From positions 372,001 to 436,000 of the forward strand of contig JASTWF010000334.1 of the NCBI GenBank assembly GCA_030390025.1: a DNA stretch of 64,000 bases. The letters are read 5' to 3'. Source of the DNA: Squalus acanthias. Taxonomy: Eukaryota. Shown piece by piece: positions 36,775-50,186 of this stretch (position 1 is the first letter of the stretch; the number at the start of each line of letters is the position of its first letter). The translations under genes and the position numbers were made by a program. Under the pieces are notes generated by a model. It was given only the letters and a program-made list of their open reading frames with translations. It ran no database searches and was not told the origin of the DNA.

Positions 36775-39398
36775 TCAGACTGGCCATCCCAGGAATCAAT
36801 CTAGTGAACCTTCGTTGCACTCCCTCAATAGCAAGAATGTCCTTCCTCAAGTTAGGAGACCAAAACTGCACACAATACTCCAGGTGTGGCCTCACCAAGG
36901 CCCTGTACAACTGTAGCATCACCTCCCTACTCCTGTACTCAAATCCCCTTGCTATGAAGGCCATCATGCCATTTGCTTTCTTGACTGCCTGCTGCACTTG
37001 CCTTCCCACCTTCAGTGACTGATGTACCATGACGCCCAGGTCTCGTTGCACCTCCCCTTTCCCTAATCTGCCACCATTCAGGTAATAGTCTGCCTCCCGA
37101 TTTTTACCACCAAAGTGGATAACCTCACATTTATCCACATTGTACTTCATCTGCCATACATTTGCCCATTCACCCAACCTGTCCAAGTCACTCTGTAGCC
37201 TCCTAGCATCCTCCTCATTGTTCACACTGCCTCCCAATTTAGTGTCATCCGCAAATGTGGAGATATTACAATTAATCCCTTCGTCCAAATCATTAATATA
37301 TAATGTAAACAGCTCGGGCCCCAGCACCGAACCCTGCAGTACCCCGCTGGTCACTGCCTGCCATTCTGAAAAGTACCCATTTACTCCTACTCTTTGTTTC
37401 CTGTGTGCCAACCAGTTCTCAATCCACGTCAACACATTACCCCCAATCCCATGTGCTTTAACTTTGCACACCAATCTCTTGTGTGGGACCTTGTCGAAGG
37501 CCTTCTGAAAGTTCAAATACACCACATCTACTGGTTCCCCCCCGTCCACCCTATTGGAAACATCCTCAAAAAATTCCAGAAGATTTGTCAAGCATGATTT
37601 CCCTTTCACAAATCCATGCTGACTTGGACCTATCATGTCGCCACTTTCCAAATGGTCTGTTATGACATCTTTAATAATTGATTCCATCATTTTACCCACC
37701 ACCGATGTCAGGCTGACCGGTCTATAATTCCCTGCTTTCTCCCTCCCTCCTTTTTTAAAAAGAGGGTTTACATTAGCCACCCTCCACTCCTTCGGAACTG
37801 ATCCAGAGTCTAAGGAATGTTGGAAAATGATCGTCAATGCATCCACTATTTCCAAGGCCACCTCCTTAAGTACTCTGGGATGCAGACCATCAGGCCCTGG
37901 GGATTTATCAGCCTTCAGTCCCATCAATTTCCCCAACACCTTTTCCCGACTGATAAGGATTTCCCTCAGCTCCTCCCTCTTACCAGATCCTTTGATCTCT
38001 TTTATTTCCGGAAGGTTGTTTGTGTCCTCCACAGTAAACACCGAACCAAAGTACTTGTTCAATTGATCTGCCATTTCTTTGTTCCACATTATGACTTCCC
38101 CTGTTTCTGACTGCAGGGGACCTACGTTTGTTTTTACTAACCACTTTCTTTTTACATATTTATAGAAGCTTTTGCAGTCCATTTTAATGTTCTCCGCAAG
38201 CTTCCTTTCATATTTTATTTTCCCTGCCCTAATCAAACCCTTCGTCCTCCTCTGCTGAGTTTTAAAGTTCTCCCAGTCCCCGGGTTTGCTGCTACTTCTG
38301 GCCAATTTGTATGCCACTTCCTTGCTTTTAATACTATCCCTGATTTCCCTTGTTAGCCATGGTTGAGCACCTTCCCTTTTTTATTTTTACGCCAGACAGG
38401 GATGTACAATTGCTGTAGTTCATCCATGCGATCTCTAAATGTCTGCCATTGCCCTTCCACTGATAACCCCTTAAATATCGCTTGCCAATCTAACCTCGCC
38501 AATTCACGCCTCATACCCTCAAAGTTGCCCTTATTTAAGTTCTGGACCATGGTCTCTGAATTAACTGTTTCCTTCTCCATCCTAATGTAGAACTCCACCA
38601 TACTATGATCACTCTTCCCCAAGGGGCCTCGCACCACAAGATTGCTGATTAGTCCTTCCTCATTACACAACACCCAGTCCAGGATGGCCTCCCCTCTAGT
38701 TTGTTCCTCAACATATTAGTTTAGGAAACCATCCCTTAAACACTCCAGGAAATCCTCCTCCACCGTATTGCTTCCAGTTTGAGTAGCCCAATCTATATGC
38801 ATATTAAAGTCACCCATGATAACTGCTGCGCCTTTTTTGCATGCACCTCTGATTTCCTGTTTCATACCCTCCCCCACCTCACTACTACTGTTTGGAGGTC
38901 TGTACACAACCCCCACTAACGTATTCTGCCCTTTGGTGTTCTGCAGCTCAACCCATATTGATTCCACATCCTCCAAGCTAATGTCCTTCCTAGCTATTGC
39001 ATTAATCTCCTTTTTAACCAGCAATGCTACCCCACCCCCTTTTCCTTTTATTCTATCCTTCCTGAATGTTGAATACCCCTGGATATTCAGTTCCCAGCCT
39101 TGATTGTTCTGGAGCCACGTCTCTGTAATCCCAATCACATCATATCCGTTAACATCAATTTGCACAGTCAATTCATCCACCTTATTACGGATACTCCTTG
39201 CATTAAGACACAGAGCCTTTAGGCTTGTTTTATTAACACCCTTTGTCCTTTTAGACTTATGATTTAGTATGGCCCTTTGTGTTTCTTGCCTTTGTTTACT
39301 CGGATTTCCCTTATTGTTTCTCACCCTTCTAACATTTGTTTCTGACTGCATATTACTTCCCCCTGTTTCGCTACATAGGTTCCCATTGCCCTGCCATA

Positions 39399-40343
39399 TT
39401 AGTTTAAATCCTCCCGAACTGCCTTAGCAAATATTACCCCGAGGACATCGGTTCCAGTCCTGCCCAAGTGCAGACCGTCCCTTTTGTACAGGTCCCACTT
39501 CCCCCAGAACTGGTTCCAATGCCTCAGGTATTTGAATCCCTCCCTCCTGCACCACTGCTCAAGCCACGTATTTAATCTTGCTATCCTGTTCATGCTACTC
39601 TGATTAGCACGTGGCACTGGTAGCAACCCAGAGATTACTACCTTTGAGGTCCTACTTTTCAATTTAGCTCCTAGCTCCCTAAATTCTGCTTGTAGGTCCT
39701 CTTCCCGCTTTTTACCTATATCGTTGGTACCTACATGCACCACGACAGCTGGCTCTTCACCTGCCCTTTCCAGAATGTTCTGCAGCCGCTCCGAGACATC
39801 CTTGACCCTTGCACCAGGGAGGCAACATACCATCCTGGAATCTCGGTTGCGGCCACAGAAACTCCTGTCTATTCCCCTTACAATTGAGTCCCCTATCACT
39901 ATAGCTCTACCATTCTTTTTCCCGCCCTGCTGTGCAGCAGAGCCAGCCATGGTGCCATGAACCTGGCTGCTGGTGCCTTCCCCTGGTAGGTCATTTCCCC
40001 CAACAGTATCCAAAACGGTATATCTGTTTTGGCGGGAGATGACCGCAGGGGACTCCTGCACTACCTTCCTGATATTGCCCTGCCTCTTGGTCACCCATTT
40101 ACTGTCTGACCTAGCCTTTACCTGCGGTGTGTTCAACTCACTAAATGAGTAATCCACAAAGTTCTCGGCATCGTGGATGCTCCAGAGTGAGTCCATCCGC
40201 AGCTCCAGTGCCGCCATGCGGTCCGTCAGGAGCTGCAGCTGGACGCACTTCCTGCACACATAGTTGTCAGGGACACTGGAAGTGTCCCTGATTTCCCACA
40301 TAGCACAGGAGGAGCATGACACGGTTCCGAGATTTCCTGCCAT
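39399..40343 (-). CDS. CR1 ORF1 protein (zinc finger + SGNH/GDSL esterase-like), intact 314 aa
   Basis: CSSC...CRKC, VIGDSIV, HVGTND, DGLHL. Confidence 0.9.
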   Translation of the reverse strand: MAGNLGTVSCSSCAMWEIRDTSSVPDNYVCRKCVQLQLLTDRMAALELRMDSLWSIHDAENFVDYSFSELNTPQVKARSDSKWVTKRQGNIRKVVQESPAVISRQNRYTVLDTVGGNDLPGEGTSSQVHGTMAGSAAQQGGKKNGRAIVIGDSIVRGIDRSFCGRNRDSRMVCCLPGARVKDVSERLQNILERAGEEPAVVVHVGTNDIGKKREEDLQAEFRELGAKLKSRTSKVVISGLLPVPRANQSSMNRIARLNTWLEQWCRREGFKYLRHWNQFWGKWDLYKRDGLHLGRTGTDVLGVIFAKAVREDLN

Positions 40344-40777
40344 GACTTAACCCTTATATTACTTTATTAAGTTAAGTCCCTGAAAACAAAATATAAATCG
40401 AACCTACCTTTTAAATTCCCTCTACCCCTAAAGGTTAGAGGAGGTGGGAGGGTGGGAGACACTACTAGTGTTGTGTCTCGGGCTTAGCAACAGCTCCACC
40501 TATATACGGGTACCAATTAATTGGCCCCGCCCTCTGACTTTGACCCCTGCTGATTGATTAGAAAACTGGTTTCCACTGCCTGCTGTGCCAATTTACCGCT
40601 ACTGCAGTGTAACCTTGTTTTACTCTTCTTAAACCAACAGAATCCCAAATAGTTAACTTTTCCCCTTCACTTAAACTGCTTAAGTACTCTTATCAAGAAT
40701 GATTTAAAGAGAACTAACAATTCAAGAACTACTCCCACTTACCCAAACTCACAGCACTCTCTGCTGACTTGCACTGT

Positions 40778-43390
40778 ACATAAGGACATATGAAATAGGA
40801 GTAGGAATAGGCTATACGGCACCTGAAGCCTGCTCTGCCATTCAGTAAGATAATGGCTGAACTTCAACATCAACTCCACTTTCCCACCCTATCCCCATAT
40901 CCCTTGATTCCATTAGTGCCCAAAAATCTATCGGTCTCAATCTTGAATATACTCATCAACTGAGCATCCAGAGACCTCTGGAGTAGAGAATACCAAAGAT
41001 ACACAACCTCTGAGTGAAGAAATGGCTCCTCATCTCAGTCCTAAATGGCCAACCCCTTATCCTGAGACTGTGACCCCTAGTTCTAGAATCTCCAGTTTGG
41101 GGAAACAGCCTCTCAGCATCTACCCAGTCAAGCCCTCTGAGAATTTTATATGTTTCAATGATATCACCTCGCATTCTTCTAAAGTACAGAGAATATAGGT
41201 TCATTCTACTCAATCTCTCCTCATAGTATAGCCCTCTCATCCCAGCTATCAATTTAGTGAACCTTCATTGCACCTTCTCTAAGGCAAGTATCTTCCTTAG
41301 GTAAAGAGTCCAAAAATGTGCACAGTACTCCAGCTCTGGTCTCAGCAAAGCCCTATATTATTACAGCAAGACTTCTTTACTCTTCTACTTCAATGCCCTT
41401 GCAATAAAGGCTAACATACCATTTGCCTTCCTAATTGCTTGCTGTACCTGCATGTTAACTTTTTGTGATTCGTATAAAATGACACCTTGTATAGCTCAGA
41501 GTACCCTCTGAATACCAACACATATTGTTCACTCACCTTTAAAAAATATTCTGCTTTTCCATTCTTCTTACCAATGTGGATAATTTCTCATTTCCTCACA
41601 TTATACTCCATCTGCCACCTTCTTGCCCAATCAATTAACCTGTCTATATCCCTTTGCAGCCTCTTTGTGTCCTCCTCACAGCTTACTTTCCCACCTAGCT
41701 TTGTATCATCAGCAAACATGGATACATTACACTCGGTACCCTCATCTACGTCATTGATACAGATTGTAAATAGCTGAGGCCCAAGCCACTGATCCTTGCT
41801 GCACCCCACTAGTTACAACTTGTCAACCCGGAAATAACCTGTTTATTCCTACTCTCTATTTTCTGTCCATTAACCAATCCTCAATCCATGCCAATATATT
41901 ACCCGAATCCCATGAGCCCTAATCTTGTGTAACAATCTCTTGTGTGGCACCTTATCAAATGCATTTTGAAATTCCAGATATACTACATCCACTGGTTTCC
42001 CCTTATCTACCCTGCTAATTACACCCTCAAAACCTTGTCAGTAGATTTGTCAAACACGATACACGATTTCCCTTTCATGAAACCGTGTTGACTCTGTCTA
42101 ATCATTTTTCAAGTGGCCTGTTGCCACGTCCTTAATAATAGATTCTAACATTTTTCTTACTACTGATGTCAGGCTGACTGGTCTATAGTTCTCTGTTTTC
42201 TCTTTCCCTCCTTTCTTGAACAGCGAGGTTACACTTCCTACCTTCCAATCCGCAGGAACTGTTCTAGAATCTAGGGAATTTTGAAAGATCAAAAACAATG
42301 CATCCACTATCTCTAATACTATCTCTTTTAAAACACCAGGATTTAGGCCATCAGGTCCAGGAGATTTGTTGGCTTTTGTCCCATTAATTTCTCCAGTAAT
42401 TTTTCTTTACTAATATTAATTACTTTACGTTCCTCACTCTCATTAGATCCTAGGTTTTCCATAATTTCTGTTATGTTCTTTGTGTCTTCTAATGTGAAGA
42501 CAGATACAAAGTATATATTTAATGTCGCTGCCATTTCCTTTCTCCCCATTATAATTTCTTGTGTCTCTGCCTCTAATTGACCCATGTTTACTTTCGATAA
42601 TCTCTTCCTCTTTACTGATTACTAATTAACCCTGTCTCATTACACAATACTAGATCTAAAATAACCCGTTCTTTAGTTGGTTCCTCGACATACTGTTCTA
42701 GAAAACTTTCTCAAATGCATTCCATGAACTTCTCCTCCAAGCTACTTCTGCCAATTTGTTTTGCCCAGTCTATAGGAAGGTCAAAGTCCCCCATGATTAT
42801 TGCATTACCCTTGTTACAGGCTTCTCTAATTTCCTGATTTATACTCTGTCCAACACTATGATTAATGTTAGGAGGCCTATAAATTACTCCCACCAATGTT
42901 TTCTGCCTTTTGTTATTTCTTTGCTCCACCTATACTGATTCTCCATCATGATTTTCTGGGCTAAAATCCTTTCTCACTCCTGCCTTTATCTCATCCTTTA
43001 TTATCAGGGCGACCCCATCTCCTTTTCCATTTTGCCTATCTTTTTTGAAACTCAAGTACCCTGGAATATTTAGATCCCAACTTTGGTCATCCTGCAACCA
43101 CGTCTCAGTAATGGCTACTAGATCAAACCCATTTACCTCTATTTGTGCCATTAATTCATCTATCTTGTTACGAATGCTTTGTGCATTCAGATATAGCGCC
43201 TTTAATTTTAACTTGTTACTATTTTTCCCTGAGTTAGTTGCTAATACCCTGTTACCATTGTTAAACTCTTCCTGACGCAATCTGCTTGATCTTACCCAAA
43301 TCGCTAATCTGCTCTTCAGACTTGACTTTTCTTTTCGGATGCATAAATTTATCCTTACCTGACCCCTCCCTTCCCCTTATTAGTTTAAAG
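40778..43390 (-). mobile_element. Older degenerate CR1 ORF2 with internal deletion
   Basis: Fragmented EN and RT peptides 40956-43280 and an (acataaga)-type tail. Confidence 0.9.
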
Positions 43391-43667
43391 CCCTGTAGGA
43401 CTGTAATATTATTCTTGATCAATATTCTTGCCATCACCCCTCTATCCCTCCTGAATACATTTTAGCCAGGAATGTTTAGTTCCCATTCCTGCCCATGTTT
43501 AAGCCCGTCTCCATTATAGCCACTATATCATAACCCCATGTGGCAACTCGCGCCTGTAGCTTGTTAACCTTATTTGGAACACTCCTTGCATTAACACACA
43601 TGCATTTCAACATCATGCTAGTCTGCTTTGCTTTTTATCTCCATTTATTTCCGCAGCATAACAAATA

Positions 43668-44320
43668 CTTCCACCTCCGTAACATCGCCCGTCTCTGCCC
43701 TTGCCTCAGCTCATCCGCTGCTGAAACCCTCAACCTTGCCTTTGTTACCTCTAGACTTGACTATTCCAACACACTCCTGGCTGGCCTCCCACATTCCACC
43801 CTACGTAAACTTGAGGTCATCCATAACTCGGCTGCCCGTGTCCTAACTCGCACCAAGTCCCGTTCGCCCATCACCCTTGTGCTCGCTGACCTACATTGAC
43901 TCCAGGTTAATCAGCGCCTCGATTTCAAAATTCTCATCCTTGTTTTCAAATCCCTCCATGGCCTCGCCCCTCCCTATCTCTGTAATCTCCTTCAGCCCCA
44001 CAACCCCCCGAGATATCTGCGCTCCTCAAATTCTGCCCTCTTGAGCATCCCTGATTATAATCACTCAACCTTTGATGGTTGTGCCTTCTGTTGCCTAGGC
44101 CCTAAACTCTGGAATTCCCTGCCTAAACCTGTCCGCCTCTCTATCTCTCTTTCCTCCATTAAGACGCTCCTCAAAATCAAGCATTAGGTCACCTGCCCTA
44201 ATTTATCCTTATGTGGATCGGTTTCAAATTTTTGGTCTTAAAATACTCCTGTGCAGCGCCTTGGGACATTTTACTACGCTAAAGGTGCTATATTATTACA
44301 AGTTGTTGTTGTTGTTGTTC
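43668..44320 (+). mobile_element. L2 LINE 3' end
   Basis: FHLRNIARL...AFVTSRLDYSN..LAGLP...ITLVLADLH and a (TTG)n tail. Confidence 0.85.
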
Positions 44321-44399
44321 ATTGTACACTATTCTTTGTCCTGTTGCTGTTTGTCCCTCCTAGTTTTCTATGCACCTTGTCTCTCCTCTCTGCTGCTGT

Positions 44400-45200
44400 G
44401 TCCTAGTGCCCCTCCCCCTGCCAAATTATTTTAAGCCCTCCCCACAGCACTAGTAAACCTACCTGCATGGACATTCGTCCCAGCCCCGTCCGGTTAGTAT
44501 AGGTCCCTCCTGCCTCTAAAATGGTCCGAATGCCCCAGGAATCCGAAGCCCTCCCTCCTGCACCTCTTCTCCAAATCTGCCTGTAGGACCTCACCCCTTT
44601 TCCTACCTATGCCATTGGTTCCAACATGGACCACGACTTCTGGCTGTTCCCCTTTGTCTTGCAGAATGGCCTACATCCATTCAGTGTTATCCTTTACCCT
44701 GGCACCAGGGAGACAACATACCATTCGGGACTCACATCTGTGATTGCAGAAATGCCTGTATATTTCACTGACTATCGAATCCCCATAACAACTGCAATTC
44801 TACACTTTTTTGTGTCCCCCTGTGCAGCGGAGTCTCCCACAGTGCCATGGATTTGATTCTGATTGCATTCTCCCAAGGTGTGATCACCCTCACCAGTATT
44901 CAACAGTGAGTACTGGTTTGTGAGTGCCACACTCCCAGGGGATTGCTACACTGCCTGCCTGTTCCTGCTAGTCTGCCTGGTGGTCATCCACTGTCTCTCC
45001 ACCTGAAATCTCTGTCGCTGTGTGGTGACCACCTCCTGAAACATGCTATCCACAATCTCTTAGTATGCACTGTAGTGACATCAGAAACTCTGAGCTTGAG
45101 CACAAGCAGCTGGAAGGACTTCCTGCAGATTTGGTTTTCCAGGACACACAAAGTGTTCTGGAGTTCCCACATGGCACAGGATGTGCATCCAGCTGTCCTG
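44400..45200 (-). mobile_element. Degenerate CR1 ORF1 remnant
   Basis: Collinear similarity to 39399-40343 (MWELQ...ICRK...L, CLPGAR-like region). Confidence 0.75.
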
Positions 45201-45340
45201 CTATGTTAGTTAACACATATTTCAAATTGCTTTTAGCTTTAAGGCTATTTAACTTTTTAGATCACATTGGCTTTATCTCAAATTGTTTATTGTAGCAGAA
45301 ATATGCATTTTTAAATGATAGCATTATTTCTCTCCCACAG

Positions 45341-45452
45341 GAGAGGACTTACTTGTGGGTTGATGGAACTAAATATGATTTCAGAAAGTGGAATGTGGGA
45401 GAACCGAATAATGCCTGTGATAAGGGAGAGGACTGTGCACGAACTAATTCCG
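45341..45452 (+). CDS. C-type lectin domain gene, exon B (112 nt, phase 0/1): ERTYLWVDGTKYDFRKWNVGEPNNACDKGEDCARTNS
   Basis: Acceptor tttctctcccacag| and donor |gtcagt. Contains the WxDG, W..GEPNN and EDC long-loop motifs. Phase is compatible with exon A. Confidence 0.93.
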
Positions 45453-47642
45453 GTCAGTTGGCGCAAATGTGACAGAAACAGTGTTTTATTGGAAATTAAT
45501 TTCAGACAAATGGATAGATCGAATGATGAGATTAATGAGCTTCTAACTAGACTCAGTGTGGTTGAGTTTTAGACTTCGGCAGGGTTCTACTTCCTGCCCC
45601 TTTTGCAGCAGTTTGCAGCCACCTTCCAGGCAAAGCTGTTTATAGAGGAACGTACAAGAGTCACAAAGATTAGATAGAGGAACGTACACTGGGTGTAACA
45701 CTGTAGATAGAGGAACGTACACTGGGTGTAACACTGTAGATAGAGGAATGTACACTGGGTGTAACACTGCAGATAGAGGAACGTACACTGGGTGTAACAC
45801 TGCAGATAGAGGAACGTACACTGGGTGTAACACTGTAGATAGAGGAACGTACACTGGGTGTAACACTGTAGATAGAGGAACATACACTGGGTGTAACACT
45901 GCAGATAGAGGAACGTACACTGGGTGTGACACTGTCGATAGAGGAACGTACACTGGGTGTAACACTGCAGATAGAGGAACGTACACTGGGTGTAACACTG
46001 CAGATAGAGGAACGTACACTGGGTGTAACACTGCAGATAGAAGAACGTACACTGGGTGTAACACTGCAGATAGAGGAACGTACACTAGGTGTAACACTGT
46101 AGATAGAGGAACGTACACTGGGTGTAACACTTTCGATAGAGGAACGTACACTGGGTGTAAAACTGCAGATAGAGGAACGTACACTGGGTGTAACACTGTC
46201 GATAGAGGATCGTACACTGGGTGTAACACTGTCGATAGAGGAACGTACACTGGGTGTAACACTGTCGATAGAGGAACGTACACTGGGTGTAACACTGTAG
46301 ATAGAGGAACGTACACTGGGTGTAATACTGCAGATAGAGGAACGTACACTGGGTGTAACACTGCAGTTAGAGGAACGTACACTGGGTGTAACACTGTAGA
46401 TAGAGGATCGTACACTGGGTGTAACACTGCAGATAGAGGAACGTACACTGGGTGTAACACTGTAGATAGAGGATCGTACACTGGGTGTAACACTGCAGAT
46501 AGAGGAACGTACACTGGGTGTAACACTGTAGATAGAGGAACGAACACTGGGTGTAACACTGTAGATAGAGGAACGTACACTGGGTGTAACACTGCAGGTA
46601 GAGGAACGTACACTGGGTGTAACACTGTAGACAGAGGATCGTACACTGGGTGTAACACTGCAGATAGAGGAACGTACACTGGGTGTAACACTGTAGATAG
46701 AGGAACGTACACTGGGTGTAACACTGTCGATAGAGGAACGTACACTGGGTGTAACACTGTCGATAGAGGATCGTACACTGGGTGTAACACTGTCGATAGA
46801 GGAACGTACACTGGGTGTAACACTGTCGATAGAGGAACGTACACTGGGTGTAACACTGTCAATAGAGGAACGTACACTGGGTGTAATACTGCAGATAGAG
46901 GAACGTACACTGGGTGTAACACTGTCGATAGAGGATCGTACACTGGGTGTAACACTGTAGATAGAGGATCGTACACTTGGTGTAACACTGCAGATAGAGG
47001 AACGTACACTGGGTGTAACACTGTAGATAGAGGATCGTACACTGGGTGTAACACTGCAGATAGAGGAACGTACACTGGGTGTAACACTGTAGATAGAGGA
47101 ACGTACACTGGGATTAACACTGTAGATAGAGGAACGTACACTGGGTGGAACACTGCAGATACAGGAACGTACACTGGGTGTAACACTGTAGATAGAGGAA
47201 CGTACACTGGGTGTAACACTGCAGATAGAGGAAAGTACACTGGGAGTAACACTGCAGATAGAGGAACGTAGACTGGGTGTAACACTGCAGATAGAGGAAC
47301 GTAGACTGGGTGTAACACTGTAGATAGAGGAACGTACACTGCGTGTAACACTGTAGATAGAGGAATGTACACTGGGTGTAACACTGCAGATAGAGGAACG
47401 TAGACTGGGTGTAACACTGTAGATAGAGGAACGTAGACTGGGTGTAACACTGTAGATAGAGGAATGCACACTGGGTGTAACACTGTAGATAGAGGAACGC
47501 CCACTGGGTGTAACACTGTAGATAGAGGAACGTACACAGGGTGTAACACTGCAGATAGAGGAAAGTACACTGGCAGTAACACTTTACATAGAGGCACGTA
47601 CACTGGGTGCAATACTGCAGATAAAGGAATGTACACTGGGTG

Positions 47643-48151
47643 TGATGTAAGAAAACTATTAGGCACTTGGTCTAAGCATCAAACAAAGCTTTAATCAACT
47701 GTTTTACAACATGGAGGTCCAGTTGTGTCCTTTAATTGTTCCTGTTAAGAATATTCTGCGCAAGCTGGGCCTCTATCTGTCCAAAAATGTGCGGGTTAGG
47801 TTGATTTGGCTATGATAAATTGACCCTTAGTGTTAGGGGGGGATTAAATATGTGGGGTTATGGGGATAGGATGGGATATGTTAGGGGGAATTAAATACGT
47901 GGGGTTACGGGGGTCGGGTGGGATATGTGTACTGTGGGGATTAAAGCAGGGACAGGGTACTGGATTTGAATGATCAGCCATGATCGTATTGAATGGTGGT
48001 GCAGGCTCGACGGGCCGAATGGCCTACTCCTGCTCCTAGATTCAATGTTTCTATCTATGTTTCTATTTATACGCTCCCTTGATAGTGCCACCCGCAGGCC
48101 ACTCAGTATTATTTCACAAGTCTTTCTTTCATGACTTACAGAGTGCTGTCA
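47643..48151 (-). mobile_element. Small solo LTR (~225 bp net) interrupted by a 5'-truncated HE1-like SINE (+, ~47779-48066)
   Basis: On the minus strand it reads TGACAG...GTATAAATAG[SINE]AGGCCC...ATTAAA...ACATCA. Flanks GGGTG/GTGTG fit a 5-bp TSD with one mismatch. The SINE part matches 36482-36774. Confidence 0.7.
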
Positions 48152-48730
48152 GTGTGTTACACTGTAGATAGAGGAAGGTACACTGAGTGTAAAACTGCAG
48201 ATAGAGGAAAGTACACTGGATGTAACACTGTAGATAGAGGAACCTACACTGGGTGTAACACTGCAGATAGAGGAACGTACACTGGGTGTAACAGTGTAGA
48301 TAGAGGAACGTACACTGTGTCTAACATTGCAGATAGAAGAACGTACACTGGGTGTAACACTGTAGATAGAGGAACGTACACTGGGTGTAACACTGCAGAT
48401 AGAGGAATGTACACTGAGTGTAACACTGTAGATAGAGGAACGTACACTGGGTGTAACACTGCAGGTAGAGGAACGTACACTGGGTGTAACACTGCAGATA
48501 GAGGAACATACACTGAGTGTAACACTGCAGATAGAGGAACATACACTGAGTGTAACACTGTAGAAAGAGGAACATTCACTGGGTGTAACACTGTAGATAG
48601 AGGAACGTACACTGGGTGTAACACTGTAGAAAGAGGAACGTACACTGGGTGTAGCACTGCAGATAGGGGAACGTACACTGGGTGTGATACTCCAGTTAGG
48701 GGAACGTACACTGGGAGTAACACTGCAGAC

Positions 48731-50186
48731 TGTAGGGGGTGGTGTGTGGGGGTCAGGTTTACCTCTGACTCTGTGAGCGGTTCGAATCGCTCCCATGCCC
48801 CTGGTTCTAGACCTTGGATTTATTTGGGGGTTGTGAACAAAGATGCAGTAGAGATCAGGTTTTGATGAAAGACTTTTGACTTTTATTCAAGAAAAGGTAA
48901 CAAACTTAAAACACACTTAATGCTTAAACACAGGTTGGGGAACACACGGTACAGGCGAGGGAGAAGAACCATATACAAAAAAAAACCTTATCCCTCCCAA
49001 ATCCCACTGCCTAGCTAGGTTTGATTCGAGAAGATCAGGGATAATGCTCACCAAATGACAGTTCTTGACAGTTAAGAGTTAGGGTTTAGAGTCTTTTGAG
49101 TAAAAGATTTCGTAAGGCCCTTTTTGCCGCGAGGTTTCCGATGGTCACTGAGGCGGTCGCTCTGGTCTCTTGAACTGCTGGCTTTCTTTGTTGTATTTCT
49201 TTCTGTTGAACTCTGCCTCTGTTTAAACTGTCTTCTTCCGAGCTGTGGAACTGCCTTCTTGCAGAACTGTGGAACTCCTTGCTGCTTCTTCCTTGCTTCT
49301 CCTGAACTCTGTAACTCCAGCCCTGACTTCTGCTGAAAACAGGCTTTTCGATTGAACTGCAGAACTGCCTTCTGTTGAACTTGAACTGTTTTTACTGTCT
49401 GATGGGCCTTCAATTATACTAAATTGAAGTGGCCTTATCTACCCCAAATCAAATCCCGATCATTGTAAGACCTCGTTAACAGCAACGACTTTACTAGCGT
49501 GTTAACTGGTTTTGTAAATGTGTGAAGTGGTTTCCGGATAGCTCCATCCTGTCGATCTGTTGTTTAATCGGAGTTTGAATTGTCCTCATGTTTTGGGTTT
49601 CTTGACTGGGCCTAGGGCTTCTATCTTTCTGCATGTCTTTAATGGGTTCTGTAAGTGTCAAATGTTTTTTTTTGGAATGGTTTGCATCCTGTCAATCTTC
49701 TTGGCTAATTGGTTTTTGATGGGATGATGGGCTGTGAAGCTGTGTACTGGACGTTTTATTGTTAGGAATTCTGTTTCGACCTGGGGATTTCAAAAGGGTC
49801 TTGGTTTATTCATTTTTTTGGATGTGTTTGTGAGGTTTGGGGTGAGGCTCTTCCTCCTTGGTTGGATTGCAGTGCAAACATCTCCCAGACAGCTTGGCTC
49901 GGTCCCAAAAATCAAAAGCTGTCCATTGCCTCACCACACCCTTTCCTGCAGCCTGTGTTTCTGTGACTGCAGGTTTACCCAATGGCCCTTTTAAAAAGGT
50001 GTCTTATCATCAAAAAGTCATTTTCCTCAGGGTTTTTCTTCCCTGATCGTTAAAAATGTCCAAAACTGAGGTTTTGACCTCAAATTCCTTCATTTAGGCA
50101 CCATCATTCCAAATTCGTGTTGAGATCCAAAACTAACGCCCTTTAGGGTTCTATTCGAGATTCTGGGGGATTTTACGAAGCCTACA
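48731..50186 (-). mobile_element. Solo LTR-like element, family Y (1456 bp), copy 1
   Basis: TGTAGG...CCTACA inverted termini. AATAAA on the minus strand at ~48882-48887. Flanked by duplicated (A)GAC. Confidence 0.75.

Larger units (their letters stand above)
35787..40775 (-). mobile_element. CR1 LINE copy 2, apparently full length, with a SINE insertion and a double tail enclosing 52 extra bp
   Basis: 5' UTR ~40344-40775, intact ORF1, ORF2 in pieces (38716-39351, 38353-38673, 36770-38317, 35970-36325). Near-identical to 5800-9800. Candidate TSD GTA. Confidence 0.96.

Noticed and set aside
5748..40775. Segmental duplication explaining the two CR1 copies
   Set aside because: Shared flank is only 52 bp and is followed by a new tail, and the surrounding sequences are unrelated. 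DNA-level copying is not fully excluded.
49072..49413. 113-121 aa ORF in the family-Y element
   Set aside because: Low-complexity, no recognisable domain, non-ATG start, and stop position differs between copies.
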